In this document: in pieces, positions 13,101-25,430 of the stretch | Position numbering within the stretch: position 1 is the first letter of the stretch | Layout of the letters: each line of letters begins with the position of its first letter | DNA from: Raja brachyura | Taxonomy: Eukaryota | Direction of reading: 5' to 3' | Assembly (NCBI GenBank): GCA_963514005.1 | Contig: OY740797.1 | Coordinates: 24,862,001 to 24,926,000 of the forward strand | Length of the DNA stretch: 64,000 nucleotides | Translations under genes and position numbers: made by a program | Notes under the pieces: model-generated | What the model saw: the letters and a program-made list of their open reading frames with translations, nothing else | The model's database searches: none | What the model was told of the DNA's origin: nothing

Positions 13101-15477
13101 TGCACAATTATTCCTAGATCCCTCTGTTCCACGGCATTGGACAGGAATTTACAAACGTTTGGTGGAAGCTTGAAGCAGACCCAACCAGGGGACTGAACAA
13201 TAGTCCCAACTCATAACGTAACCTATCCATGTTCTGCAGAGATGCTGATTGACCAACAGAGTTAATCCAGCACTTTGTATCATTTTAACTTACAACTATT
13301 GAGTTGAGTAGGTTATTTGCAGCCAAAGCAGCTTCGGGAAAATGGAATGCTCTTCAAAGTGCAAAGGCGGGAGTTCTAAGCATGCATGTTCATTCTAAAC
13401 TAATAGGTAAGGCAAATGGGAGTAAGGAAACCCAGATGACATGCAAATTTGAGTTTCTGGTCAGGAAAAAAGGAGGTATGGGCCAGTTGTAGGCAGCTGG
13501 GATTAAATGTATCCTCGAGGAGTTTAGGGGACTGAGGAGCATAGTTAAAACGTAAATCAAACGGGCAAAAAAAAAAGGCAATGGATAATTCTAGCAAATA
13601 ATATTAAGGAAAATATGAAGACATTTCGTGAATACATTAAGGGAAAAAAAGTAACTAGACAGTGATATAAAACCTGCTGTAACCTTTGACAACCTTCTTC
13701 CCAACTCCATCAATTTTATTAAATATAATTCGATCATTAGGCAAATCTATTTATATTTTCGCCAGATTCGCTTTCGGAAAACTCAAACCTGTCAATTGTA
13801 TTTGTTTGTTTTACAAAAATGTTCACAGTATTAATAGATTTCTGAGCTTGCAGGGTATGACATCAGATTCAAGAGAGAGGGATTTTCCGCTTTCAGGTGC
13901 TACGATATTCATATGTATCTTATGCATTTCAATCTTACAGGTACTAACATCATCAATTGTGTCAGGATAATGTGCGGTTTAGTAACGTTACTACTGCCTC
14001 TTCTCATTGCAACATGTTGTATTGCAAGAACAAATAAAGGTAAAGAATAATTTAACCCGATTAAGCATTTTGTTCAGGGGGCTATAGCTCGAGAAAGGGA
14101 GGCGCGTGATCTCTCTTTTCTTGGGCAAAATAGCTTAATTATCTTGTCATCTCGGTCGACAAAGCCATTGTGGGCCGAGGGGCATTTTCTTATGCTGTGT
14201 ATTTATGTTTTATGTTACAATGAGTGGTCTCCCTGTTCCTTCTGCGAAATTTCATTACCTTGAATGAAAGTGTTCATATTCGCCATTACGCCCTTTTTTA
14301 CTACACTAATATCCTACTGTAATGTGCTGTTCCCCTCAGTACTGAACATCTTATCCAATTATGTGTCACCCTAACTTCAGAAATCAGGTTTGATTCTGCT
14401 TCGACCAAACTGCAGTATTGGAAGCAACACAACTGCGCCCATTGCTTTCTGTGAGCAGTTGCAGTTTAGTCTGCTTTCTTTCCCGCAGCCAGCCATGAAT
14501 TGACCTGGAACCCGTCTCTAATTACGTATTCTCATTTTTCATGTGTCCTATGTCGCCAGCCTATCTGACATTCCTTTGGAAATCTAGACAGTTTATATTT
14601 GTTTTCATTCTCCGTATTTGCTCGCTGCCAGGTCAAATTATACGAATCCCAGCAATCGGGAAAGAATGCTAACAGGAGATTCTATTTAATTACCAGCGGC
14701 CTGGCTCCCGAGAAACACTGACTAGAATTAAAAGGCTAACGACATCAGCATATTAATATCGATTCGTGATAAAGCCATGTCCTTGCATACGATCGTTTCC
14801 ATCGATCTATATTAACCACCAACTCTATGAGAACCGCTTTTTTTCGGGTGACAAAATGCCATTTTGTTAACTTGAGAAGAAATTAGTATTATTAATTTAC
14901 CAGGTACCCAGAAGGAAGGAGAAATATCTGATATTAATGGTATGTACTCAAAATCCATGGAATTATTTCGGAAATATAATATAATATATTATATACAATT
15001 AGCAGTCCAGCCGATTGGACAAAAATGAAGCATGGGCCTAAAAACAACTGTCGGTATTCTGCGATGCATTTAATTGCCCTCATATTAATCTGAAGTACCA
15101 TTTCACATTCACACGCCCAGTAATTTACATACCTAAGCGAAGTTAAAATATCTGTGTTTGCCTTCAATACAACGGAAATTAGTTTGCTACCAATACCTTT
15201 GTTGTGTCGTTGCTACCAATACCCCTCGGTAGCAGCCGTTGAAAGGGTTTTGTACGTGAACACGATTGCTAGATGAAAACCCATCTTGTCTAGATGATAT
15301 ATTGCACTCACATCTATAAATTCGTGCCTCTTTTCACAAAATGTCTAAGGTCTATTAAATGCTCGTACCTCCAGAGCAAAATCATGAATGCCTTCCACAG
15401 ATGCATATCTGCCGTATTTGCCTGGCACGCACTGCATGCCCAGTAATTACCATGTGAAGCCTCGAAGACAGAAGTAG
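10106..15477 (+). CDS. Gene A: VJ-C1 IgSF type I membrane receptor (NKp30/SIRP/antigen-receptor-like), activating type. Exons 10106-10160, 10322-10642, 11287-11601, 13941-14039, 14904-14939 and putative terminal exon 15401-15477
   Basis: The first four exons join in frame through phase-1 GT/AG introns: leader, V with YYC and J-like GTGSSLVV, C1 with CxxxxFYP/WYKDG/YTCLVNH, and TM with Arg. The 3' end is uncertain. Confidence 0.85.
10322..10642 (+). CDS. Gene A exon 2, V-set domain with in-exon J-like G strand
   Basis: Acceptor tttcctttag. Reads [18 protein letters not shown]...VHWWKQG...[17 protein letters not shown]...[11 protein letters not shown]. Donor G|gtaagt. Confidence 0.95.
11287..11601 (+). 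CDS. Gene A exon 3, C1-set Ig domain
   Basis: Acceptor aatccctag. Reads VPPTPLNI...[20 protein letters not shown]...[10 protein letters not shown]...YTCLVNH. Donor G|gtaaga, with an alternative in-phase donor after 11592. Confidence 0.95.
12373..13132. mobile_element. CR1 LINE 3' fragments in inverted arrangement (intron 3 of gene A)
   Basis: The plus piece 12373-12624 is the reverse complement of about 12782-13034. The minus ORF reads [27 protein letters not shown]. Confidence 0.9.
13941..14039 (+). CDS. Gene A exon 4, transmembrane exon with charged Arg
   Basis: Acceptor aatcttacag, 99 nt, phase 1/1. Reads [33 protein letters not shown]. Donor G|gtaaag. Confidence 0.85.
14904..14939 (+). 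CDS. Gene A putative small cytoplasmic exon ([12 protein letters not shown])
   Basis: Acceptor aatttaccag, donor G|gtatgt, 36 nt, open in phase 1. Confidence 0.55.
15401..15477 (+). CDS. Gene A candidate terminal coding exon ([25 protein letters not shown])
   Basis: Acceptor ccttccacag, open in phase 1 to TAG at 15475-15477. No homology support. Confidence 0.3.
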
Positions 15478-15759
15478 GACGTCCAAACAGTACAAAATCA
15501 AGCTGCCCTCTATTTGCGCATAGAAACCCCAATGCACCCGCAATCAGCTCAGTGGCCATTCTCTGAACGGTGTCGTGTAAAGTTCTTGCGGAGAACGACA
15601 CTATCGAGATCTAAAATGGATCCAAACGAAAGTGTTCCTTTGCATTTGTAAATGCTAAGGTAAAGCAAAGACGTTTACGAAGATAATAAAGGTAATTTAG
15701 GGCTAGGAAACGTTCCCCCGCCATACCCACAGTGCGATTTCTTTAGCTAATCAGAGCTA

Positions 15760-16638
15760 CAGTGCCCTCCATAATGTTTTGGACAAAGACCCATCACTCA
15801 TTTATTTGCCGCTGTACACCACAATTTGAGATTTTTAATAGAAAGAAAAATCACATGTGGTAAAGTGCACATTGTCAGATTTTAATAAAGGGCATTTTTA
15901 TACATTTTGTAGGGATTACAGCAGTGCTTATCCATAGTTCCCTCCCCCCATTTCAGGGCACCATAATGTTTGGGACATGGCAATGTCATGTAAATGAAAG
16001 TAGTCATGTTTAGTATTTTGTTGCATATCCTTTGCATGCAATGACTTCTTGAAGTCTGCGATTCATGAGTTGCTGTGTGTCTTCTCTGGCGATGCCCTGC
16101 CAGGCCTGCATTACAGTTATCTCTAGTTTATGCTTGTTTTGGGGGCTAGTACCCATCCGTTTTCTCTTCAGCATATAAAAGGTATGCTGAATTTGGTTCA
16201 GACCGGGTGATTTGACTTGGCCACTCAAGAATTGACAATTTTTTAGCTTTGAAAAACTCCTTGGTCGCTTTATCGATATGTTTGGGATCATTGACTTGCT
16301 GTAGCATGAACAGCAATAAAAGTTTCCAAAGTTGATGGAAAGACTGGAGGATAGACTAGGTGCTGAGAACCCCCTTAAACACACCTGAGCGTTTGTAAAT
16401 GCCTGTGAAGCCATGGGTCCAAAACATTATGGTGCCGTGAAATGGAAGGGACTATGTATAAATCCATCTGTAATTTCTACATGGTGAAACCAAAATGTAT
16501 AAAATGGTTTTAATAAAACCTGACAATATGCACTTTAACTACATGTGATTTTTTTTTCTATTACAAATCTCAAATTGTGCAGTACAGAGGCAAATACATA
16601 AATGATGGGTCTTTGTCCAAACATTATGGGGGGAACTA
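15760..16638 (-). mobile_element. Internally deleted Tc1 (IR/DR type) DNA transposon
   Basis: TA|CAGTGCCCTCCATAATGTTT left end, inverted repeats of about 220 bp with an internal direct repeat, and transposase C-terminus SPGLNQI..LK..RRLQEVIACKGYATKY. Confidence 0.9.
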
Positions 16639-16823
16639 TTACTCCCTTTTTTTAGTACTGTTGGAGCAGGAGAAGTGATCGACGCTTCTATTCCTGTAAT
16701 GGCGTTCCATTTTAGTGCCTGGTAGTGCCGTTCTCCGCAAGAATCAATTCACCTTTCTTTAGAAGATGCAAACATTTCTCGTTTAGTCTATGGAATGTGC
16801 AGGTGAAGCGATTGTGCCTTATT

Positions 16824-17140
16824 TTTAGTTTAGTTTAGTTTAGTTTAGGTTAGATCCGTTTCGTTTAGTTTAGTTTAGATTAGTTTCGATGAGTTTAGTT
16901 TAATTTAGTTTAGTTTAGTTTAGTTTAGATTAGTTTAGAGATACAACGCAGAAAAAGGCCCTTCGGCCCACCGAGTCCACGCAGACCAGCGATGCCCGCA
17001 TACTTACCATATCCTACACAAACTAGGAACAGTTTTACAATTATACCAAGCCAATTAACCTACAAACCTGTACGTCGTTGGTCTGTGGGACACGGTCTCT
17101 GGCGCTGTGTGGCAGAAACTCTAACGTTGCGCCAACATGT
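16824..17140 (-). mobile_element. HE1 SINE with expanded (TTTAG)n tail at 16824-16938
   Basis: CR1-derived tail ggcccttcggcccaccgagtcc and tRNA-like head remnant tctctggcgctgtgtggcag. Confidence 0.8.
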
Positions 17141-17826
17141 CGCCCCAAATCTGCGCTAAATCTGAGCAAATCCAGGATAAATCCAATGCCGGTGAGGTAC
17201 ACATATATGTACGCATTCAGGCTCGATATTAGTACCTCCGCCCTTCGGCATGCTTCGGCGTTCAATAAGGTGATGATTGACCTTAGCTCTGCGTTTACCA
17301 CTCCCAACCGAACGATGGACGGCTTCATTTATTTTATACATATTGCATCTCCTGACAGAAAATAGAAAATAGAGAAAAATTCTTGTCCTTGCGCATAATG
17401 TATCAAAAATATTTTCATGGCAAAGTTAGACACAAGATGCTGGAGAAACTCAGCGGGTCAGGAGAAAATTCATAAGTGACGTTTCGGGTCCGGACCCTTC
17501 TTCAGACTGAATGCAGCAGGGAGAGTAGAGGGAAAATCTGAAAGCGAAGTAAACAGATGACCTCAGGTAAGGTGGTTTCCCGATGGCCTGACTGTTGGAC
17601 AGGGACGGGTGTGAGTCCATGAGGGATACATAGTTACGAACTGCCGAATTTGGTAACTAACCTTGAGTGGAGGACGGGAGGCGGAGGGAGACGTAGCGAG
17701 GTGTTGCTGGCCTTGATTGGTCCTGTTTTTTCTTCGCCTCCAGTTCCGCTTCCCCTCACCCTCCACCACACACACAAACACGTGCTCGCACACACACACG
17801 TACACAAACACAAACACACACACACA

Positions 17827-18235
17827 TCATCATCATCGGCGGTCAATCGAAACGAATATGACTGTGCTCTTTTAGGAGGAGGCCTGTGCGTGACTTTGTT
17901 TAACGTGGGGAGACTGGTACAGCTACAGCCACCACACGGTTCTTGACAGATCTGGGTCAGGATCCACTGCCATGGAGTCCAAGACGACCGGAGACCCTTT
18001 TCTGCTGCAGCCTTCATCCATCTTCCCAGCCGTTGTGACGCTCCACTAAAGTCAGCCATCATCCTCTGCCTGTTCCACCGTTGAGGTATTGGTTGGATTG
18101 CGCTTCGTTGGAGGGCACGGACCTTCCCATCGACCTTCCGGCATGGGTGGCCCTACCAAGAGCATAGCTCCAGACGGCATCGCTCTTAGTATCAGGACCA
18201 CACAACCTTATCCGCCACGACAAGGCGACAATCCA
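17827..18235 (+). mobile_element. RTE-derived non-autonomous retroelement, flanked by CA repeats
   Basis: ggcatgggtggccctaccaagagcatagctccagacggcatcgctct resembles the RTE 5'-UTR motif (recognised from memory, not aligned). Confidence 0.45.
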
Positions 18236-18277
18236 CATACACACACTCTCAGACAAACACACACACACACTCTCAGA

Positions 18278-18329
<52 letters not shown>

Positions 18330-18586
18330 CACGCAGACTTAAGAAGGATCCAGACCCCAAGAGTCACCTGCCCATTTTCGTCAGATATGCTGCCTCACCT
18401 GCTCACTCACTCCAGTACTTTGTGTCTATCTTTGGTATAAACCAGTATCTGCCGTTCATTTTTATTACTTTTAGCTGGCAGCCTGTTGTAATGATTTCTG
18501 ATCTTGCGATGCTCTCGTGACTGCATGAGATTTAAAGCAACTTAAAAAATGAACTAATGTTCTTCCCCCTAATTTTCATCTTGTAG

Positions 18587-18703
18587 AACAAGCAGAAACC
18601 AATGCATGCTAAAGTGATCTACGCTCCGCTCGTTACGGCAGGAAACAAGAAAAGAGAGCAAACAATTGTAAGGATAATGCCACTGGCAACTAACAGCCCA
18701 TAA
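18587..18703 (+). pseudogene. Orphan cytoplasmic-tail exon with ITIM VIYAPL (relic or alternative exon)
   Basis: Acceptor ttcatcttgtag, phase 0: NKQKPMHAKVIYAPLVTAG...NSP*. A second VIYSE motif follows out of frame at 18724. Confidence 0.5.
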
Positions 18704-19679
18704 AGCAAATGCGAGGAGCAGATGTAATCTATTCAGAATGGAATCCCAAGTAGTCTCCGTGCTCAAAATGATGTCTTATTATTTGTGTAATTACTTATCA
18801 GATCGTCCGTTCTCTGACAACAAGCTGCAACAACCCTCAGAGAAAGTGCGAGATTACTATATTACAAGCATGAAGCACTGATTTTACGTCAAAACTCCTA
18901 ACCAACTGAGCCCTTCACCTTCAACACTTGGGGTGAAATGGGTTGCAAATGATTGCCTAAGTTATGTTCAAGTAAATTTCGGTGTCCATGCGTTCAGCAA
19001 CTGTGCTCCCTGTCTTTGCATATGTTTTGTAAAACTAGGCACCTAAATTATAACTTCTGTAAAATAATATGCACTTCCAAGCGTGCGTTTACCGCATTCT
19101 TTCTAGTCGCTTTGCAACCGCTGAATGTTTGAAGTGTACGGACAAATTAAAAACAAACATGATCAGAAATTGAAACACTGTACATCGTATGAATAAAAAT
19201 CGAAACGGTCAGAGACGAAACCAGTCCGTCTTGACTCGGTTGGGGAAAAATAAACATATAGTGGGAAGTCTTTTGTAGCATGCTATCAGTCAATGAAAAG
19301 ACTATAGATGAGTACTGTCAAGCCGTCCACCGTGTACCATTAAAGGATAATAGCCTTCAAATATCATTAAATCGGAAGTGCTGGAGCTTTGGGATTGCGA
19401 AATTTATAATATTGTTAGGGTCGGTATGCATGTAATAAATGCTCCGCCGGTATGGCTGGATCCGTAAAATCCGTAATAAAGTAAGCGTATCATTTTCATG
19501 GCCTTATTTTAGAACAGCAGGAGAGTAGAGAAGCGCAGATGTTCATGCAAATATAGAAGCAGCGAATAGGAAGTAGAGGGGTAAATGAATAAAGCAGAGA
19601 CTGGAGATACGGTGCGTAGCCAATCGAAAGACAAATCAATTGATAATAATATGATCAAACTCTATTCGTTTAAAATATA

Positions 19680-20335
19680 GAAGAAACAATGAACTGCAGA
19701 TGCTGGTTTAACAAGGAAGACAAAATGCTGGAGTAAATCGGTGGGCCAGGCAGCATTCCTTGAAAACTTGGGATCGGTGTCGTTTCAGGCCAAGACCCTT
19801 CTTCATGACGTTTAATGACGTTTCAGGTCGGGACCCTTTCACCTGGAATATCTCTGACACCACTCTTCCCTTTTTTGATCTCTCTGCCTCAGTCACAGGG
19901 GACAAACTATGAACTGACGTTTCCTCCACGCCTACAGACTACAACAGTTATCTGGACTACACCTCATTCCACCATGGCTCATACAAAGACGCTATCCCCT
20001 ATTCTCAATTCCACCGACAGCACCACATTAGCTCCCACGATGCGGCTTTTTCAATCGAGGACATTCAAGTCGTCCTCTTGCTTTAGTTATGTTGGTTCTC
20101 CCATTCTGTCATAGATGGACCCCTGACTCGCGTCCCCTCTGTACCCCGTAGCTCTGCTCTCGCTCCACTACCCCCAAGCAGAACAATGATATAGTCCCTT
20201 TGTCCCCATCTTTCACCCCACTGGCCACTGAATCCAATACTTCAGTCTTTGGTATTTCTGTTACCTCCAATGTGATCCCACCACTAATCATACCCTCCGC
20301 ATCCACCTCATCAATATCCTGCACTTCCAGCATCC
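19680..20335. mobile_element. Degraded Penelope-like element: inverted terminal piece plus RT/linker relic
   Basis: HHR-type terminal repeat on the minus strand. YLDYTS..AIPYSQF remnants on the plus strand. Confidence 0.65.
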
Positions 20336-21535
20336 CTGACTTGGCGAGAGATAGGAGAATTTTATCTGCAAAACAGATGAAGAACGGATGCTTCAGTACT
20401 CGTGCAAACAACTTTTTTTTTCTGACAACGTTCACTGTGATGTGGTTACTGTTGCATTATAACAGTATCAATGCGTGCAAAGACGCAGTTATCCGCCTAT
20501 CCTTAATATCACGCATTTGGTGAATTGCAATGTAATGGAAACGCTATCTGTGGTTGCTAAATGTAGTGGTCACAACATAAATTCTATAATAGATTTTATG
20601 GGTTAATAGCTTCGGCGCGATGGAAATGTGTTCGTTCAGCCCACAGTGAAAAATGTCATTGCAATGGACATCATGATGTCTGTTTAATGGATACGTTAGG
20701 TTTGTCCAAAGGGGTATGAACGCTGACGTGGCTTCTGTGCTTATTTGAATGACATATAACTCAGTATTGCATGCATTAAAACTTTCCGAATATGCGGTAG
20801 GTTTTTCTTAACAGGTGTAAAACCATAAACACGGGAAAGGGAAAGTGTTATACAAGGGACTGAAGACGCTGGTGCTAACCTCAAAAAATGTCCATAGTTT
20901 TCCGTCCGATTGTGCTATCTGCAACGCTGTGGGTTTTAAGAAGACTTCTTCATTACAGCAAAATTGATGTCTGTTTTAGTTTTCCATATATTGAACAAAA
21001 TGGGTGTGCCCATCCAAGATCATTACTGTTATCCCGAGTATACCAGGTGCTTATAATGACGGTAACTTACCCTTTGGAAGTGCAGCAGATAATCCAATAA
21101 AAAAAATTATGGAACGCTGTTGTTGGTGATTCGGCCGAGAAACGATAAGCTACAGTCCCAAGTTAGGACACGAGTGCTTTAAGGGCGCAGGAAAGACCTA
21201 CAGATATTGGTTTACAGAGAATTTATGCTCAAAATGCTGGAGGAACTCAGCGGGACAGGCAGCATTTCTGGAGAGAAGGAATGGGTGACGGTTCGGGTCG
21301 AGACCCTTCATTAGTCAGGCGACAGGAATTCTAGAGATATGGAAGGATATGTTGTGAAAACGACAGATCGAAACAGATGTGGATAAGGAATTGTAGAATG
21401 GTAACACCCCCTGCGGAAAACGGAAAGTGGTGAAGATGGGAAGATATGGCTAGTGGTAGGAACCCGTTGGAGGTGGCGAAAATGTCGGAGAACTGTGTGC
21501 TGTATGCGAGGGCCGATGGGGTGAAAAGTGCGGAC

Positions 21536-23350
21536 TAGAAAGGGACCATATCAGGGGTGACAGTGGAACAGCAATGGCAGGAATTTCTGGGAATAATCCG
21601 GAAGATGCAGGATCTTTTCATTCCAAAGAGGAAGACATATTCTAATGGGAGAAAGACGCGACCGTGGCTGACAAGGGAAGTCAAGGACAGTATAAATCTA
21701 AAAGAGAAGGCGTGTAACAAATCAGCAGGAAGCCAGAAAATTGGAAAGCTTTAAAGAACAACAGAAGGTAACTAAAAAGGCAGAAAAGGCAGGGAGAGAA
21801 GATGTAATACGAAGGTAAGATAGCCAATAAAATAAAAGAGGATAGTAAGAATGTCTTCAGTTATATAAATAGTAAGACAGAATCAAGAGTGGAACTTGGG
21901 CCTCTGGAGAATCGTGCAGGAGAAGTGATAATGAGGAAATGGCAGAGGAGCTTAATAACTTTTTTTGCATCAATCTTCACAGTGGAAGACAGCAGCAATG
22001 TGCCTGAAATTCAAGAGAGTCAGGGGTTGGCAGTTAGTGGAGTGGTTATTACTAGGGAGAATGTGCTTGGGAAGCTGAAAGGGCTGAAGGCGAATAAGTC
22101 AACTGTTAATAAGTCAATAAGCCAGTCCTGTCCCTCTGTGGGCCAGGTTTCCTTAGTGGCTACGGCATTCCAATCGCACAGACCTATCCACATCTTGAGT
22201 TCATCTGACTTATCAATAAGGCTTCTTGCATTAAAATAAGTGCAATTCACTCCAACAATCCTTCCTGGCTCCCTACTGTAATCCTTTATATTATGTCCTT
22301 TGACCTTATTTCATCGCCATGCATACTGCTTCCAGCCTCTCATCTCAGTCTTGCTTGAGATCCCACCCCCCTTCCAATCTAAATTAAACCCTTTAAGGGA
22401 TTCCCTTTTCTCCTTAAAAGTATGCCTATAAGTTTGGATTCCTCGAACTGAAGAAAAAGATTGACAATTCAACTGATTTCCGACCCCCCCCTCTCCCCCT
22501 CCCCCCCCCACCCCACTAAGGTCACCCCTCAACCTCTTGCGCTCCAAGGAAAACAGTCGCAGCCTATCGAGTCTCTTCTTAGAATACAAGCCGTGCATCA
22601 TGCTAAGATTCTTTTGAATCTTCTCTGAAAACTCTAGCTTAACTATTTCATTCCTACAGTATGTCAACCATAATTGCACGGAAAACGTCAGGTGCGGTCT
22701 TACCATCATATTGTACATCTGTAATACAGCATCCTAACACAATGACCCGACCAATGAAGGTGACCGTTCTATACAACTTCCTCATCCACACTGTCACTTT
22801 GTCGCCACCTTCAGAGAGCTATGTTCTTCTACACCCTAGGTCGCTCCGCAAAATTTCCAAGATTTTGCCATTCGCAATATATATCCCTCCCTGGAATAAA
22901 TACATCAATTTGCAATTTTTTGAGTTACCTTCCACCGGTGTTTGTATAGCGACTTTCCCAGTTGATCTAGATCCTGCAGCAAACTCAGACAATCATCCTC
23001 ACTGTCTACAATGCCTCCAGTTATCGTGCCATTTTTAAATGTACCCAATGCCACCCACATTCACTTCCACAACGCTAACAACATTGGCAAAACCAACACT
23101 GACCCGTGTTACGCCAATTGTTTACTGACCAATACATTTTGATAGTTACCATCTTCTAACTCCTTCCACAAGGTCAGTTTTAGAAACATAGAAAATAGGT
23201 GAAGGAGGAAGTCATTTGGCCCTTCAAGCCTGCACCACCATTCATTGTGATCCTGGCTGATCTTCTATAAACAGTAACCCGTGCCTGCCTTCTCCCCATA
23301 TCGCTTGATTTTGTTAGCCCCTAGAGCTCTATCTAACTCTTCAACTATCT
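21536..23350. mobile_element. CR1 LINE fragments on both strands
   Basis: TVEQQWQEF..PWLTREVK, YFNARSLIDKSDEL and LERKRLRGDL. Confidence 0.8.
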
Positions 23351-23705
23351 AATGATCAACATTGGTAAATTATGCAGGTGAGCCCTTCAGCAACTATTTC
23401 CATGCAGGAACATTAAAGAAAATGTTTAAATCGTCTGAGTTAGCAGGTACATTTTGTTTGGCTAGTCGCTAATGCGTAGTCTTATGGTTAGTCAATGATC
23501 ACTGGACAACCAGAGCAGTGATAAATGAATCATTTTTTTCTTTCCCAGAAGGAAATATAATATTAATATAATAACATTTTCCATATTAGTAAAGGCATTT
23601 GGTATTTTGCTATCATTTACAATGTCCATTACTGGCGGTGGTGGTGTATTTATGGAAATATGTTGATTGATGTAATAATTATAACAACTTGCTGATAACT
23701 TTCAG

Positions 23706-23841
23706 ACAATGCAATTTCAATGTGATCCAAAGTTAACATATATTACTCTAAACATCGCTGGTCTAGAGACATCTACTAAATCCAGATACGTTGAAGAAAA
23801 GCACGATATATGCCCAGGTAAGTGTAACAAGAGCCTATTAA
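23706..23841 (+). pseudogene. Orphan ITIM+ITSM cytoplasmic exon with a 1-nt frameshift
   Basis: Acceptor actttcag, phase 0: TMQFQCDPKLTYITLNIAGLETSTKSRYVEE. Removing one A from 23797-23800 continues STIYAQVSVTRAY*, collinear with the last exon of gene B. Confidence 0.7.
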
Positions 23842-23907
23842 TGGAACAATTCACGAATCGAAGATGGATGCATGTTAACCAGTTATCCTTGTAAGGTGTC
23901 TGTCGTT

Positions 23908-25430
23908 ACATAGATACATAGACAATAGGTGCAGGAGTAGGCCATTCGGCCCTTCGCGCCAACTGATCATCCACAATCAGTTCCCCGTCCTTGCCTCCTC
24001 CGCGTATCCCTTGATTCCTCTTGTCCTAAGAGCTCAATGCAACTCTCTTTTGAATATATGCAGTGAATCAGCCTCCACTGCCTTCTGAGACAGAGCATTC
24101 CACAAATTCACAGCCTCATGTGTGAAAAAGGTTTTCCTCATCTCAGTTCTACCCCTTATTCTTAAGGCCTACCCCTTATTCTTATAATGTCCTACCACTG
24201 ATTCTTAAATTGTGGCCCCTGGTTCTGGACTCCCTCAAAATCGGGAACACATTTCCTGCATCAAGCCATTAATAATTGTATGTTTCTATACGATCCCCTC
24301 TCATCCTTCTAAATGCCAGTGAATACATGCCCAGTCGCTCCATTCTTTCATCATATGTCAGTCATGCCATCCCGGGAATTAACATTGTGAGCCTACGCTG
24401 CACTCCCTGAGTAGCAAGAATGTCCTTCCTCAAATTAGGAGACCAAAGCTGCACACAATACTCCAGGTGTGGTCACACTAGGGTCCTGTATAACTGCAGA
24501 AGGACCTCTTTGCTCCTATACTCAACTCCTCTCATTATGAAGGCCAACATGCCATTTGCTTTCTTCACTGCCTGCTGTACCTGCATGCTTACTTTCAGTG
24601 ACTGATGAACAAGGACTCCCAGATCCCGTTGCACTTCCCCTTTTCCTAACCTGACACCATTCACATAATAATCGGCCTTCCTGTTCTTGCCACCAAAGTG
24701 GATAACCTCACATTTATCCACATTATACTGCATTCGCCATGCTTCTGCCCACTCACCCAACCTGTTCAAGTCACCCCGCATCCTCATAGCATCCTCTTCA
24801 CAGTTGGCACTGCCACACAGACTTGTGTCATCTGCAAATTTGCTAATGTTACTTTTAATTCTTTCATCTAAGTCAATAATACATATTGTAAATAGCTGGG
24901 GTCCCAGCACCGAGCCTTGCGGGTCCCCACTAGTCATTGCCTGCAATTCTGAAAGGGACCCATTAATCCCTACACTTTGTTTCCTGTCTGCCAACCAATT
25001 TTCCATCCATGTCAATACTTACCCCCAATTCCATGAGCTCTAATTTTGCCCACTAATCTCCTGTGTGGGACCTTATCAAAGGCTTTCTGAATGTCCAGGC
25101 ACACTACATCCACTGGCTCTTCCTTGAATATTTTACTTGTTACATCCTCAAAAAATCGCAGATGATTAGTCAAGAATGATTTCCCCTTCATAAATCCATG
25201 CAGACTTGAAGCGATCCTGTCACTGCTATCCAAATGTGCCGCTATTACCTATTTAGTAATCGACTTCAGCATCTTCCCCACCACCGATGTCAGGCTAACA
25301 GGTCTATAATTCCCTGCTTTTTCGCTCTCTCCTTCCTAAAATGTGGGATAACATTAGCTACTCTCCAATCTACAGGAACTGAGCCAGACTCTATTAAACA
25401 TTGGAAAATTATCACCAATGCGTCCACAAT
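23908..25430 (-). mobile_element. CR1 (HER1-type) LINE, RT and 3' end. The same element continues at 32005-32840, 33125-33330 and 36660-37600
   Basis: [29 protein letters not shown], with tail (catagata)n. Confidence 0.9.

Noticed and set aside
15314-15601. 95-aa minus-strand ORF
   Set aside because: It is antisense to the gene A 3' region, with no domain or splice support.
15728-15770. CACAGTG heptamers (also near 20642, 49651, 59435 and 63934) as possible RSS
   Set aside because: There is no ACAAAAACC-like nonamer at 12 or 23 spacing, and none abuts a V or J segment.
19350-19590. Possible degenerate TM exon (IGSAGALGL / FIILLGSVC) and a small exon after ttattttag at 19512
   Set aside because: They need frameshifts and have stops in all phases. 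They could be relics of a third gene, but this cannot be supported by eye.
20815-21061. Candidate small cytoplasmic exons after the acceptors near 20814 and 20979
   Set aside because: In-frame stops or incompatible phases; they could not be linked to gene A or to the ITIM exons.
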